From an uncultured Sphingobacterium sp. (lineage in GTDB: Bacteria > Bacteroidota > Bacteroidia > Sphingobacteriales > Sphingobacteriaceae): 64,000 bases of DNA. Under the pieces are notes generated by a model. That model had not been told where the DNA came from. It saw nothing but the letters and a program-made list of their open reading frames with translations, and did no database searches. The translations under genes were made by a program, and so were the position numbers. Positions 30,826-40,838 of the stretch are shown here, piece by piece. Where the stretch lies: positions 1,091-65,090 of the forward strand of contig CAYHGN010000001.1 in NCBI GenBank assembly GCA_964356005.1, read 5' to 3'. Numbering within the stretch: the stretch's first letter is position 1; each line of letters begins with the position of its first letter.

Positions 30826-31155
30826 ATGAACTGGATTAACATACTTCCTCCAAGCATTGCTGCCTCTGAAGATTTTATCAGTACTGTGAAAGTATCGGGT
30901 AGAAAACTGTGTATAGTCAAGACAGGGAATGAATTTTATGCTGTACAGAGCAAATGCCCCCATGCTGGTGCTGAACTTAGTAATGGATGGTGTGTCTCTG
31001 GTAAACTGATATGTTCTTACCACCGGCATGAGTTTGATCTTAAAACTGGCCGCGGTGCTGAAGGACAAGGTAATTATATTGATACCTATCCTGTTGAGTT
31101 GAGAGAGGATGGACTTTATATCGGAATTTCAAAAGCCTGGTGGAAATTCTGGTAA
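30826..31155 (+). CDS. Rieske [2Fe-2S] ferredoxin
   Basis: CPH and CSYH ligand boxes, FDLKTG. Confidence 0.88.
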   Translation: MNWINILPPSIAASEDFISTVKVSGRKLCIVKTGNEFYAVQSKCPHAGAELSNGWCVSGKLICSYHRHEFDLKTGRGAEGQGNYIDTYPVELREDGLYIGISKAWWKFW

Positions 31156-31159
31156 ATTT

Positions 31160-31585
31160 CTAATCTAATTTGAAAAGGTATTTTTTACAGAATTCTTCAC
31201 TGTTCAGTACTTCGATTTCAGAAAAATAGAAATCTGATTTATTTTCAGTAACGATACAGTCACACTTACTTTCAAGGGCAGCATAATATTCAAGTCCATC
31301 TTCAAAATCATGAATGGAAGGATTCAATATACATTTCAGAACAGCTTCACATGAATTTTCTGCTATGCTAATATGCTCTGAAAGTATTTTTATCTTGGAT
31401 TTTGCCACATTGCTCTTATGCTTTTTTTCTGCAAAATAATAGGCAATAGCCAGACATATCGGTGAAGTCAGTAAACAGAATTTTTTGTTTCCGGCCAGAC
31501 TCAATATTCTTGCTGAATTTGTAAAAGTGGGATATTCCTTGTTTAATACAGAAACCAGAATGTTAGCATCCAGAAAAATATTCAT
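31160..31585 (-). CDS. PIN-domain toxin (VapC-like)
   Basis: IFLDANIL, DFEDGLEYYAA, IVTENKSDF. Confidence 0.88.
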   Translation of the reverse strand: MNIFLDANILVSVLNKEYPTFTNSARILSLAGNKKFCLLTSPICLAIAYYFAEKKHKSNVAKSKIKILSEHISIAENSCEAVLKCILNPSIHDFEDGLEYYAALESKCDCIVTENKSDFYFSEIEVLNSEEFCKKYLFKLD

Positions 31586-31836
31586 TTTTTTGAATCGAAA
31601 AACTCCTTTTTAGCTGATTTTCTACTTCGTTTAGTTTGATATTCAGCTTTGCCTTCGGCAATCAGATTTACCCAATCAGCAATAGGGTAATCTTCGAGGG
31701 ATTGGTAATCAGTTGAAGTAACTTTTGTTAAAAGAAATTCTATTAGCCTTGAAAGACTAATGTCGTTTTCTTCTGCATACTTTTTTGCTTTATTGATGAC
31801 CTCTTCATTAAAGCTAAGCGTTAATTTAGCATTCAT
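31582..31836 (-). CDS. DUF6364 family ribbon-helix-helix antitoxin
   Basis: MNAKLTLSFNEEVINKAKKYAEENDISLSRLIEFLL; 4-nt overlap with the PIN gene. Confidence 0.85.
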   Translation of the reverse strand: MNAKLTLSFNEEVINKAKKYAEENDISLSRLIEFLLTKVTSTDYQSLEDYPIADWVNLIAEGKAEYQTKRSRKSAKKEFFDSKK

Positions 31837-31860
31837 AATAAACTCCTCTCTGTTTTTACA

Positions 31861-31906
31861 CAAAATTATTATTTTTTACGTATACTTTTTAATTATTTTA
31901 CGTATA
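31861..31906 (-). promoter_or_regulatory. TA operon promoter (-7 box) with two candidate operator repeats
   Basis: TAATTTTG at 31868-31861; TTTTACGTATA at 31874 and 31896. Confidence 0.6.
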
Positions 31907-31909
31907 AAA

Positions 31910-32788
31910 TTAATAAATTTCTTTTTTTGCAGAGGCTAGGGTATTTTTGAGTAAGCCTACAATGGTCATCAAGCCCACACCTCCAGGAACAGGAGTAATC
32001 CATGAGCATTTAGGTGCTACATTTTCAAAATCTACATCTCCGTAAAGTTTATAACCTGATTTGGTCTCTGAGGAAATTTCGCGATTCATGCCCACATCAA
32101 TCACAATAGCACCTTCTTTTACCATGTCGGCTGTAATGAAATTCTTTTTACCAATTGCAACGATCAGTATATCAGCATCAAGACTGTATTTTTTAATATC
32201 CGGAGTTTTACTATGGCAGATGGTTACTGTGCAATTTCCAGGATTTGTATTCCTTGCCATTAATATACTCATCGGTGAACCCACAATATTACTTCTGCCA
32301 ACAACCACACAATGTTTACCAGCAGTATCGATTCCGTATTCCTGAAGCATCAGTAAAATGCCATAAGGAGTTGCCGGTAAAAAGGAGGGAAGATTACGTT
32401 GCATCCTGCCGAGGTTAACCGGATGGAAGCCATCTACATCTTTTGATGGAGATATTTTTTCAGTAACCTTATCTGCAGAAATATGTTTTGGAAGAGGAAG
32501 CTGTACAAGGATGCCATCTGTTTCAGGATCTCTATTTACTTCCTCGATTTTCCGAAGTAATTCTTCCTCAGTGATTGTATTCTCAAAGCGATACAATGTT
32601 GAATTAAAACCTACCTTTTCACAGTTCTTTATTTTGCTGGCAACATAGGTTTCTGAACCACCATCATGCCCAACAAGTATGGCTACCAGATGGGGTTTAC
32701 GGCCTGTATTTTTTAAAATTTCGGCCGCCTCGATTGCGATTCTTTCTTTTAGTTTCTCTGAAACAAATTTCCCGTCGAGTAACTGCAT
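31910..32788 (-). CDS. folD: Methylenetetrahydrofolate dehydrogenase/cyclohydrolase
   Basis: [37 protein letters not shown]. Confidence 0.97.
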   Translation of the reverse strand: MQLLDGKFVSEKLKERIAIEAAEILKNTGRKPHLVAILVGHDGGSETYVASKIKNCEKVGFNSTLYRFENTITEEELLRKIEEVNRDPETDGILVQLPLPKHISADKVTEKISPSKDVDGFHPVNLGRMQRNLPSFLPATPYGILLMLQEYGIDTAGKHCVVVGRSNIVGSPMSILMARNTNPGNCTVTICHSKTPDIKKYSLDADILIVAIGKKNFITADMVKEGAIVIDVGMNREISSETKSGYKLYGDVDFENVAPKCSWITPVPGGVGLMTIVGLLKNTLASAKKEIY

Positions 32789-32872
32789 TTTTGTTAAAAT
32801 ATGGTATTTATTAACATTTAATGGCTTATTAACATATTGATTTCGCAATTCGCGTAATGCGAAATAGTAAAA

Positions 32873-34660
32873 TTAATCTAATTTTAGGACTGCCATGAAG
32901 GCTGTTTGAGGAATTTCCACATTACCTACCTGTCTCATTCGCTTTTTACCTTTTTTCTGCTTTTCGAGTAACTTACGTTTCCTTGAAATGTCACCACCAT
33001 AGCATTTTGCGGTTACATCTTTACGCAAAGCTTTTACAGTTTCACGAGCAATAATTTTTGCTCCAATGGATGCCTGAATAATAATCTCAAACTGCTGACG
33101 TGGGATAAGTTCCCGAAGTTTTTCACAGATTTTTTTCCCGAAATTATAGGAGTTTGTTCTATGAATCAATGAGGAAAGGGCATCAACAGGTTCACTGTTT
33201 AAGAGAATATCTAAGCGGACCAGATCAGATTGACGGTAACCAATCTGATGATAATCAAATGATGCATATCCTTTTGAAATTGTTTTTAAACGATCATAAA
33301 AATCGAAAACAATTTCACCCATTGGCATTTCAAAAATCAGCTCAACCCGGTCGGAGGTTAGGTAGGATTGATTGACTATTGTGCCACGTTTCTGAATACA
33401 AAGAGACATGATTGAACCTACAAATTCAGATTTAGTGATGATATTTGCCTTAATATAAGGTTCTTCAACATGATCCAATTTACTTGGATCAGGCAGATCG
33501 GATGGGTTATGTACATCGATCTCCAGACCTTTGGAAGTAAATGCCTTATAGGATACGTTTGGAACAGTGGTAATCACGGTCATGTCGAATTCTCTTTCCA
33601 GCCTCTCCTGAATAATCTCCATGTGGAGCATACCCAGGAAACCGCAACGGAAACCAAATCCCAAAGCTGCTGATGATTCTGGTTCGAATACAATAGAAGC
33701 ATCATTAAGCTGCAATTTGTGCATACTCTCACGAAGTTCTTCGTATTCATCCGTGTCAACCGGATAAATACCGGCAAATACCATTGGCTTTACTTCCTCA
33801 AAACCTTTTATCGGTTCTGAACTAGGCTTATCCTTATGTGTAATCGTATCTCCAACTTTAACTTCACGTGCTTCTTTTATCCCCGAAATGATATAACCCA
33901 CATCCCCGGTTTTTATTACATCTTTTGGTTTCTGAGTCAGCTTTAAAGTCCCTACTTCTTCTGCAATATAATCCTTGTCTGTTGCTACAAACTTCACCTT
34001 ATCACCTTTACGGATCTCTCCGTTAAGTACTTTGTAATATGCAATAATTCCCCTGAATGAATTAAAAACAGAGTCAAATATCAAAGCTTGCAATTCGCCA
34101 TCTGGATTTCCCCTTGGAGAAGGAATACGTTCGATAATGGCTCTTAAAATATTATCTACACCTAAGCCTGTTTTGCCGGATGCCGGAATGATTTCTTCAC
34201 GTTTACAGCCTATTAGCTCAATAATCTGGTCTTTCACTTCTTCAGGCATGGCTCCCGGTAGATCCATTTTATTCAGGATCGGAATAATCTCAAGATCATG
34301 TTCAAGTGCCAGGTATAAATTAGAGATGGTTTGAGCTTGAATTCCCTGAGAGGCATCCACGATGAGTAATGCACCCTCACAGGCAGCAATAGAGCGCGAA
34401 ACTTCATAAGAAAAATCCACATGACCAGGTGTATCGATCAGATTGAGAACATAGGGCTGACCGTCTTGAATGTAATCCATTTGGATTGCATGACTCTTAA
34501 TGGTAATTCCCCGCTCACGTTCCAAATCCATATCGTCAAGCAGTTGAGCCTGAGATTCACGCTGAGTGATTGTATTAGTGAACTCTAGAAGACGGTCAGC
34601 CAGAGTGCTTTTACCGTGATCAATATGAGCAATTATGCAAAAGTTACGTATATACTTCAT
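32873..34660 (-). CDS. lepA: Elongation factor 4
   Basis: [49 protein letters not shown]. Confidence 0.98.
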   Translation of the reverse strand: MKYIRNFCIIAHIDHGKSTLADRLLEFTNTITQRESQAQLLDDMDLERERGITIKSHAIQMDYIQDGQPYVLNLIDTPGHVDFSYEVSRSIAACEGALLIVDASQGIQAQTISNLYLALEHDLEIIPILNKMDLPGAMPEEVKDQIIELIGCKREEIIPASGKTGLGVDNILRAIIERIPSPRGNPDGELQALIFDSVFNSFRGIIAYYKVLNGEIRKGDKVKFVATDKDYIAEEVGTLKLTQKPKDVIKTGDVGYIISGIKEAREVKVGDTITHKDKPSSEPIKGFEEVKPMVFAGIYPVDTDEYEELRESMHKLQLNDASIVFEPESSAALGFGFRCGFLGMLHMEIIQERLEREFDMTVITTVPNVSYKAFTSKGLEIDVHNPSDLPDPSKLDHVEEPYIKANIITKSEFVGSIMSLCIQKRGTIVNQSYLTSDRVELIFEMPMGEIVFDFYDRLKTISKGYASFDYHQIGYRQSDLVRLDILLNSEPVDALSSLIHRTNSYNFGKKICEKLRELIPRQQFEIIIQASIGAKIIARETVKALRKDVTAKCYGGDISRKRKLLEKQKKGKKRMRQVGNVEIPQTAFMAVLKLD

Positions 34661-34668
34661 TTGAGGCG

Positions 34669-34676
34669 CAAATATA
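34669..34676 (-). promoter_or_regulatory. -7 promoter box for lepA
   Basis: TATATTTG ending 8 nt before the ATG. Confidence 0.6.
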
Positions 34677-34850
34677 GTTTATTAAGCTCAAATTTTATTC
34701 CAATAAATGAATTCTTGATCCCGATTACTTTAGCAGCTTAAGCCTGAAGTACACTTAGAAGTATTTGTAATTTTTTTAATGCAGCTTTCTTTATAGCTAT
34801 TTTTTTTTCTATTTTGGGACATAATCACTTCATAAATATTATAAGAATTC

Positions 34851-35984
34851 ATGACCATTGGTATTTTGCTTGAGCCCAACCCGGAAACACGGGTATCATT
34901 AATTCCCGAACATATTTCAATCCTGAAAAAACAAAATATAAATGTATTGGCCGAAAGCAATTGCGGTTCAAATGCATTTGCTCCTGATATACTTTATACT
35001 GAACAGGGTGCAGAAACTGGTTCAAGAGAGAATGTTTTAAAAAATTCAGACATCTTATTGAGTATTCATCCACTAACTGAGGATGACCTTAAGAAGGCAA
35101 AAAAATCAGCCGTTATATTGGGTGTTTTTTATCCCTTAGCCAATTTCGATTTAATTAAGAAATGGGCCGGGCTTGGATTCACGACATTCAGTATGGATAT
35201 GCTACCCCGTACAACCAGGGCTCAAAGCATGGATATCCTGAGTTCGCAGGCTAATATTGCTGGCTATAAAGCTGTAATTTTAGCTGCTATGCAACTTCCT
35301 AAGTATTTTCCGATGTTTATGACTGCTGCCGGGAGTATCGCTCCGGCAAAGGTGATGATTCTTGGAGCAGGAGTTGCCGGACTTCAGGCTATTGCGACAG
35401 CCAAACGTTTAGGTGCTGTTGTCGAAGTTTTTGATACCCGCCCTGCAGTTAAAGAAGAAGTAATGAGTCTTGGAGCCAAATTTATTGAAGTGGAGGGTGC
35501 CCTTGATGCTTCAAAAGCAGGAGGTTATGCGGTTGACCAGACCGAAGAATATAAACAAAAACAACAGGCCCGAATTGCAGAAGTTGCATCCAAAGCGGAT
35601 GTAATCATTACAACTGCACAGATTCCTGGTAAAAAAGCTCCGATTCTATTGCCCGACAGTATTTTGGATAATATGAAAGCCGGTTCTCTTATAATCGACC
35701 TTGCCTCGATAACGGGAGGAAATACAACCAGAACTAAAGACTGTGAAACTATAGTATATAAAAATGTAACAATTATTGGCAATTCAAACCTGCAGGGAAC
35801 CATGCCATCTGATTCAAGTAAGTTATATGGTAAGAATATTTTAAACTTTCTGCAACTCATCATCGGGAAAGAGGGACAACTCAATTTGAATTTTGAGGAT
35901 GATTTGGTGAAAGGTACTTGCATCACCAATAATGGCGAAGTGTGTAATGACAGGGTGAAGGAATTGACTGGGAGTAAGTTGTAA
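34851..35984 (+). CDS. pntA: NAD(P) transhydrogenase alpha subunit, domain I
   Basis: ETRVSL, PRTTRAQSMDILSSQANIAGY, GAGVAGL, TTAQIPG. Confidence 0.95.
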   Translation: MTIGILLEPNPETRVSLIPEHISILKKQNINVLAESNCGSNAFAPDILYTEQGAETGSRENVLKNSDILLSIHPLTEDDLKKAKKSAVILGVFYPLANFDLIKKWAGLGFTTFSMDMLPRTTRAQSMDILSSQANIAGYKAVILAAMQLPKYFPMFMTAAGSIAPAKVMILGAGVAGLQAIATAKRLGAVVEVFDTRPAVKEEVMSLGAKFIEVEGALDASKAGGYAVDQTEEYKQKQQARIAEVASKADVIITTAQIPGKKAPILLPDSILDNMKAGSLIIDLASITGGNTTRTKDCETIVYKNVTIIGNSNLQGTMPSDSSKLYGKNILNFLQLIIGKEGQLNLNFEDDLVKGTCITNNGEVCNDRVKELTGSKL

Positions 35985-36022
35985 GTTATAAGTTGTAAGT
36001 TATAAGTTATAAGTTATAAGTA
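35974..36022. repeat. 7-nt tandem repeat (RTAAGTT) x7
   Basis: gtaagtt gtaagtt ataagtt gtaagtt ataagtt ataagtt ataagta. Confidence 0.95.
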
Positions 36023-36081
36023 ATAGGTTTTTAAAAAGCAACAAACTGCTAAATCATAATATTTAACAATAGATATAGAAA

Positions 36082-36390
36082 ATGGAGGAGATATTTAACT
36101 GGCTTAGCCAGCATCAGCAAATGATTTACATAGTAATTCTGAGTGTATTTCTTGGAATTGAGGTTATTGGCAGAGTTCCCAGTGTTTTACATACGCCCTT
36201 AATGAGTGGTGCCAATGCGATACACGGGGTAGTTATCATAGGAGCAATTATTGTGATGGGAAAGGCAGAAGGTGATAATCTGCTAGCCCTTATTTTGGGA
36301 TTCCTTGCGGTGATCCTTGGCACCTTGAATGTTGTGGGTGGCTTTGTGGTGACTGATCGTATGCTTGAAATGTTTAAAAAGAAAAAATAA
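36082..36390 (+). CDS. NAD(P) transhydrogenase alpha subunit, membrane part
   Basis: VPSVLHTPLMSGANAIHG, NVVGGFVVTDRMLEMFK. Confidence 0.95.
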   Translation: MEEIFNWLSQHQQMIYIVILSVFLGIEVIGRVPSVLHTPLMSGANAIHGVVIIGAIIVMGKAEGDNLLALILGFLAVILGTLNVVGGFVVTDRMLEMFKKKK

Positions 36391-36453
36391 TAAACCTGAT
36401 CTAAATCAGATCTGATCTAATCCAACCCTTATAAAATTCAGAAATTGAGTATA

Positions 36454-37860
36454 ATGGAATTAAATATCTTAATTATTTGTTACCTGATCGGTTCCGTAAC
36501 TTTCATAATTGGTTTAAAGATGTTAAGTCATCCCGAAAGTGCAAGAAAGGGTAATCTTACTGCCGCCGCCGGTATGGCTGTTTCAATTTTTGGTACAATC
36601 TTTCTTTATGAAGAAGAAGGACTAAAGCTGGGGAATTATGCCTGGATTTTTTCTGCCTTAATCATAGGTACAATTTTAGGTACCATGACCGCCAAGAGGG
36701 TAAAGATGACGGCTATGCCCGAAATGGTGAGTTTATTTAATGGAATGGGAGGGGCCTGTGCAGCTCTGATTTCCATTGTAGAATTTGACCATTTATCCCA
36801 TCAGGTACAGGCTGGAGCTACTGTTGATCGTGGAATATTACTGATAATTTTTGCAGGATTGATCATTGGAACGATTTCGTTTGCAGGCAGTATGGTCGCC
36901 TGGGGTAAATTAAACGGGAAAATCAAAGACATCTCATTCAATGGACAACATATTGTAAACCTGGTTATTTTCGGTGTCATAATTGCACTTTCTGCATATC
37001 TTATCATTTCTCTTGATCCGGCAGCCAGTACATTGTTCTATGTCATATTTGCCTTATCAATTATTTATGGACTCTTATTTGTTTTCCCGATTGGAGGTGC
37101 TGACATGCCTGTTGTTATTTCATTATTGAACTCGTTTACCGGAGTTGCCGCCGCATTTGGAGGTTTTCTTTATGATAATCCGGTGATGTTAACCGGGGGT
37201 ATTCTGGTTGGCTCTGCAGGTACTATTTTGACAATTCTGATGTGTAAAGCTATGAACCGACCACTGAGTAATGTTCTGATAGGTTCATTCGGTGGTTCTT
37301 CTGCAGGATCATCCGGCAAGGAACAGGGTGCTTATAAAGAAATCAGCATCAGTGACTCTGCTGTAGTCATGAGTTATGCCAAACGGGTTATGATTGTCCC
37401 TGGATATGGTCTTGCGGTTGCTCAGGCACAACATGTATGCCATGAACTGGAAAAGTTACTTAGTGACAAAGGAGTTGAGGTTAACTATGCTATTCATCCT
37501 GTTGCAGGACGTATGCCCGGTCATATGAACGTTCTACTTGCTGAAGCAGATGTGGATTATGGCAAATTACTTGAAATGGAACAGGCAAATGAAGAATTTC
37601 CGATGACTGATGTCGTTTTGATTTTAGGTGCAAATGATGTAGTCAATCCCGCAGCAAAAACAGATCCGGCATCTCCAATTTATGGTATGCCTGTTCTGGA
37701 TGTGGAACTCGCTAAGCTTGTGATTATTAACAAAAGAAGCATGAATCCTGGCTATGCAGGGATCGAAAATGAACTTTTCTTTCAGCCTAAATCCTCAATG
37801 CTTTTCGGAGATGCTAAATCAGTGCTTCAGCAGCTGGTTACTGAAATCAAAACACTCTAG
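36454..37860 (+). CDS. pntB: NAD(P) transhydrogenase beta subunit
   Basis: MTAMPEMV, IGGADMPVVISLLNS, AIHPVAGRMPGHMNVLLAEA, GANDVVNP. Confidence 0.96.
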   Translation: MELNILIICYLIGSVTFIIGLKMLSHPESARKGNLTAAAGMAVSIFGTIFLYEEEGLKLGNYAWIFSALIIGTILGTMTAKRVKMTAMPEMVSLFNGMGGACAALISIVEFDHLSHQVQAGATVDRGILLIIFAGLIIGTISFAGSMVAWGKLNGKIKDISFNGQHIVNLVIFGVIIALSAYLIISLDPAASTLFYVIFALSIIYGLLFVFPIGGADMPVVISLLNSFTGVAAAFGGFLYDNPVMLTGGILVGSAGTILTILMCKAMNRPLSNVLIGSFGGSSAGSSGKEQGAYKEISISDSAVVMSYAKRVMIVPGYGLAVAQAQHVCHELEKLLSDKGVEVNYAIHPVAGRMPGHMNVLLAEADVDYGKLLEMEQANEEFPMTDVVLILGANDVVNPAAKTDPASPIYGMPVLDVELAKLVIINKRSMNPGYAGIENELFFQPKSSMLFGDAKSVLQQLVTEIKTL

Positions 37861-37863
37861 CTG

Positions 37864-37969
37864 AGCTTAAAGCCAAAAGCTAAAAGGATAAAGCCGGATT
37901 GGCTCTTAACTTACTTCTTTTCGACTTAAACTATTAACTGTTAGCTTTCTGCTTTTAGCTTTCCGCTTC
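37864..37969. repeat. Inverted pair of 7-nt tandem arrays (AGCnAAA / TAGCTTT)
   Basis: agcttaa agccaaa agctaaa aggataa agccgga ... tagcttt ctgcttt tagcttt ccgcttc. Confidence 0.75.
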
Positions 37970-39348
37970 TATTCGGCTCTTTTCAGGCCATATTTTTCAA
38001 TTTTACTGTACAGATGGCTTCTTTGTATATCTATGTCATCTGCCGTTTTTGATACGTTCCAGTTGTTTTTTTCCAGTTTATATTTGATATAATCCTTTTC
38101 TGCAAAATCTTTATACTCCTGAAAGTTGGTAAACTGATCAAAATTTTGCTGAGGAGCTGCTGCGGTGCTTTCAGTCCCGGTTGAAAAGGAAGATGGATTT
38201 GCATAATTAATTACATCAGCTTCTGTAATTAATCTATCACTCAAAATAATTAACCGCTCAATCATGTTGCGAAGCTCCCTGATATTACCGGTCCAGTTCA
38301 TTCCCTGCAATGCAATCATAGCTGAATCGCTTATTTTTTTAATTGACATTCCATAATCAGTACAGATTTCTTCACAGAAACTTTGTGCAATAAGTGGAAT
38401 ATCATCCGTTCTCTCTGTTAAATGAGGTACATGAATCAAAATCACACTCAAGCGATGGTAAAGATCCATTCTAAAATTTCCTGCTTCAATTTCCTTCAAA
38501 AGGTCCTTATTTGTCGCAGCAATTACCCTGACATCAACATCAATCTCTTTTTCGCCACCAACCCGGGTTACTTTATTCTCCTGAAGGGCACGTAGAACTT
38601 TCGCCTGAGCAGAAAGGCTCATGTCTCCAATTTCATCCAGAAACAAAGTGCCACCACTTGCTTGTTCAAATTTTCCAATTCTTTGCTTGATGGCTGAAGT
38701 GAAGGACCCCTTCTCGTGACCAAAAAGTTCGCTTTCAATCAATTCCGATGGTATTGCAGCACAATTTACCTCAACAAGCACGGAATTGGCGCGATTCGAT
38801 TTTTCATGCAACCAGCGCGCTACCAGCTCTTTACCGCTACCATTTGCACCCGTAATAAGTACTCTGGCATCAGTAGGGGCAACCCTTTCAATGGTAGCTT
38901 TGATTCGTTCAATTGCGGCTGAATTGCCAAGCATCTCTCGAGTTTTGCTAACCTTGCGTTTTAAAACTTTGGTTTCTGTTACGAGAGTTTTACGCTCTAA
39001 TGCATTTCTTACAGTAATCAGTAAACGATTTAGATCAGGTGGTTTCGAAATAAAATCATAAGCTCCCTTTTTACTGGCTTCTACAGCTGTTTCAATGGTA
39101 CCATGACCAGAGATCATAATGAATGGTAGATCCGGTTGAATTTTCAATCCTTCGGTAAGAACCTCCAGACCGTCCATTTTATTCATTTTAATATCGCAGA
39201 GAACCAAATCATACTCATTTTTTCTGATTAGTTCCAATGCATCGATTCCATTATCAATATCCTCAACCTGGTACTCCTCGTACTCAAGTATTTCTCTTAA
39301 TGTATTTCGGATTGCTCTCTCATCATCAATGATTAATATTTTTGCCAT
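37969..39348 (-). CDS. NtrC/NtrX-family response regulator (REC, AAA+, Fis HTH)
   Basis: IIDDE, CDIKM, GANGSGKE, ESELFGHEKGSFTSA, LFLDEIGDM, C-terminal HTH. Confidence 0.93.
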   Translation of the reverse strand: MAKILIIDDERAIRNTLREILEYEEYQVEDIDNGIDALELIRKNEYDLVLCDIKMNKMDGLEVLTEGLKIQPDLPFIMISGHGTIETAVEASKKGAYDFISKPPDLNRLLITVRNALERKTLVTETKVLKRKVSKTREMLGNSAAIERIKATIERVAPTDARVLITGANGSGKELVARWLHEKSNRANSVLVEVNCAAIPSELIESELFGHEKGSFTSAIKQRIGKFEQASGGTLFLDEIGDMSLSAQAKVLRALQENKVTRVGGEKEIDVDVRVIAATNKDLLKEIEAGNFRMDLYHRLSVILIHVPHLTERTDDIPLIAQSFCEEICTDYGMSIKKISDSAMIALQGMNWTGNIRELRNMIERLIILSDRLITEADVINYANPSSFSTGTESTAAAPQQNFDQFTNFQEYKDFAEKDYIKYKLEKNNWNVSKTADDIDIQRSHLYSKIEKYGLKRAE

Positions 39349-39469
39349 AAGTATTGAGTAGATTTTTAATATACAACGGTATAATACCGAATTTCAGAAT
39401 AGTATCTGTTATAACAAACAAGATGCCGAAAACCCTATAATTCAGGACTTTTGAAAAATAAAAAAAAAT

Positions 39470-39853
39470 GCAAGCCTGTAAGCCGGGTTCTGTATCCGCC
39501 AAGGGCGGAATCTATCATTTATCTGGTCGCGCAATTACTCGCGAGATCTAACGACCTACCCATTCCGGATAATCCCGTACGTACGGGATAAGAAGGCGAG
39601 CAGCCTCACTTCCGGAACCTATTTGGTCTTTCAACTCCTGGGGTTTACCGCACTGCATGTCACCATACAATACCGTGAGCTCTTACCTCACGTTTTCACC
39701 TTTTCCCCCAAACAAAAGTTTGAGGGTAGTATATTTTCTGTGGCACTTTCCGTCACCACTTTCGCGATGCCTTCCCGTTAGGAAGCAGGATGCTCTATGT
39801 TGCCCGGACTTTCCTCTTTCCCGCAAATGCGGGAGAGCGATAGATCGGCTTGC
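39470..39853 (-). ncRNA. rnpB: RNase P RNA (bacterial type A)
   Basis: Minus strand has GAGGAAAGTCCGGGC near the 5' end and ACAGAACCCGGCTTA near the 3' end; P1 gcaagcc/ggcttgc; TATCTTTG box at 39865-39858. Confidence 0.97.
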
Positions 39854-39876
39854 TTAACAAAGATAGTAATTTGTTA

Positions 39877-40776
39877 TTAAGGGTATATGCGGCTAAGATT
39901 TTTGTCAAGACTAATGATGCTTTTCAGAATTGCAAGACTCGCTGAATGGAAAAAATCCTGATTTATATTAGTAAAATCATCGCTTGGTTTGTGGTAATCG
40001 TCATGGTCTTCAACTCCAAAATAAACAAAAGGAATATTCTCCTTCGCAAAGGGCCCATGATCGCTTTGCATAGTCCAGTCATCTTTCCCGGTTCCCGGTT
40101 CATCATGTCCGAATTTGATTGTGATACCTGTATTCTTGTCAGCAAGCTTAAGAATATCTTTGATGATAGGGGTTTTAAATGTGCCGGCAGCATATATTTC
40201 AGATTTATCGTTATGCGAAACCATATCCAGATTGATATTTAGTTTTATACTCTCCCTTGATGGTAAAGGGTATTTTAGAAAAGAATAGGCACCCTGTAAA
40301 CCCATTTCCTCGGCGTCAAATGCGATGAATAGAAGCGTGTTTTTTGGCTTATTTACCTTAAAATATTTTGCAATTGACAATATTGCAGCTACACCAGAAG
40401 CGTTATCATCAGCCCCGTTAAAAATCTCAGAATTGTTTATTCCAACATGATCATAATGTGCAGAAATGACAATTACCTCTTCTGATTTGCCTTTAATATA
40501 TCCAATCAGGTTAACCCCATTGATTTCTTCGTTCCTACGGTTTTTAAACATAAAGGGATGCTTAAAATCTCTATTGTAGGATTTCAGGCCAATTTCTTTA
40601 AATCTGTTAATAATGTATTCAGCAGCCAGGGCATTCCCCCGGCTGCCTGTTTTCCTGCCTTCATACTTGTCAGATGAAAGTGTTTCTATATCATTTAGCA
40701 ATATTTGCCGATTAATATTTTGTGCATTAGCACTGTAAATGGAAAATATTAACAGAATTTTTATGAGCTTTTTCAT
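39877..40776 (-). CDS. Secreted M28 family aminopeptidase
   Basis: Signal SANA|Q; SAHYDH, GADDNASG, AEEMG, NLDM, SDH, DYH. Confidence 0.92.
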   Translation of the reverse strand: MKKLIKILLIFSIYSANAQNINRQILLNDIETLSSDKYEGRKTGSRGNALAAEYIINRFKEIGLKSYNRDFKHPFMFKNRRNEEINGVNLIGYIKGKSEEVIVISAHYDHVGINNSEIFNGADDNASGVAAILSIAKYFKVNKPKNTLLFIAFDAEEMGLQGAYSFLKYPLPSRESIKLNINLDMVSHNDKSEIYAAGTFKTPIIKDILKLADKNTGITIKFGHDEPGTGKDDWTMQSDHGPFAKENIPFVYFGVEDHDDYHKPSDDFTNINQDFFHSASLAILKSIISLDKNLSRIYP

Positions 40777-40838
40777 TTTTTAATTTTTAAATCAGGCAAA
40801 AACTTTAACAAACTCCATGTGCTTAATTTGATGAAATT

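Noticed and set aside
32801-32865. Repeated TTATTAACAT and a small hairpin between lepA and folD as a riboswitch or DnaA site
   Set aside because: Too short for a THF or ZTP riboswitch, and two degenerate boxes in AT-rich DNA are not significant.
34851-36390. Split pntA as a frameshift or pseudogene
   Set aside because: A two-part alpha subunit is a normal, known transhydrogenase architecture, and both parts are intact.
39657-39857. 66-aa plus-strand ORF
   Set aside because: It is the antisense of the RNase P RNA.
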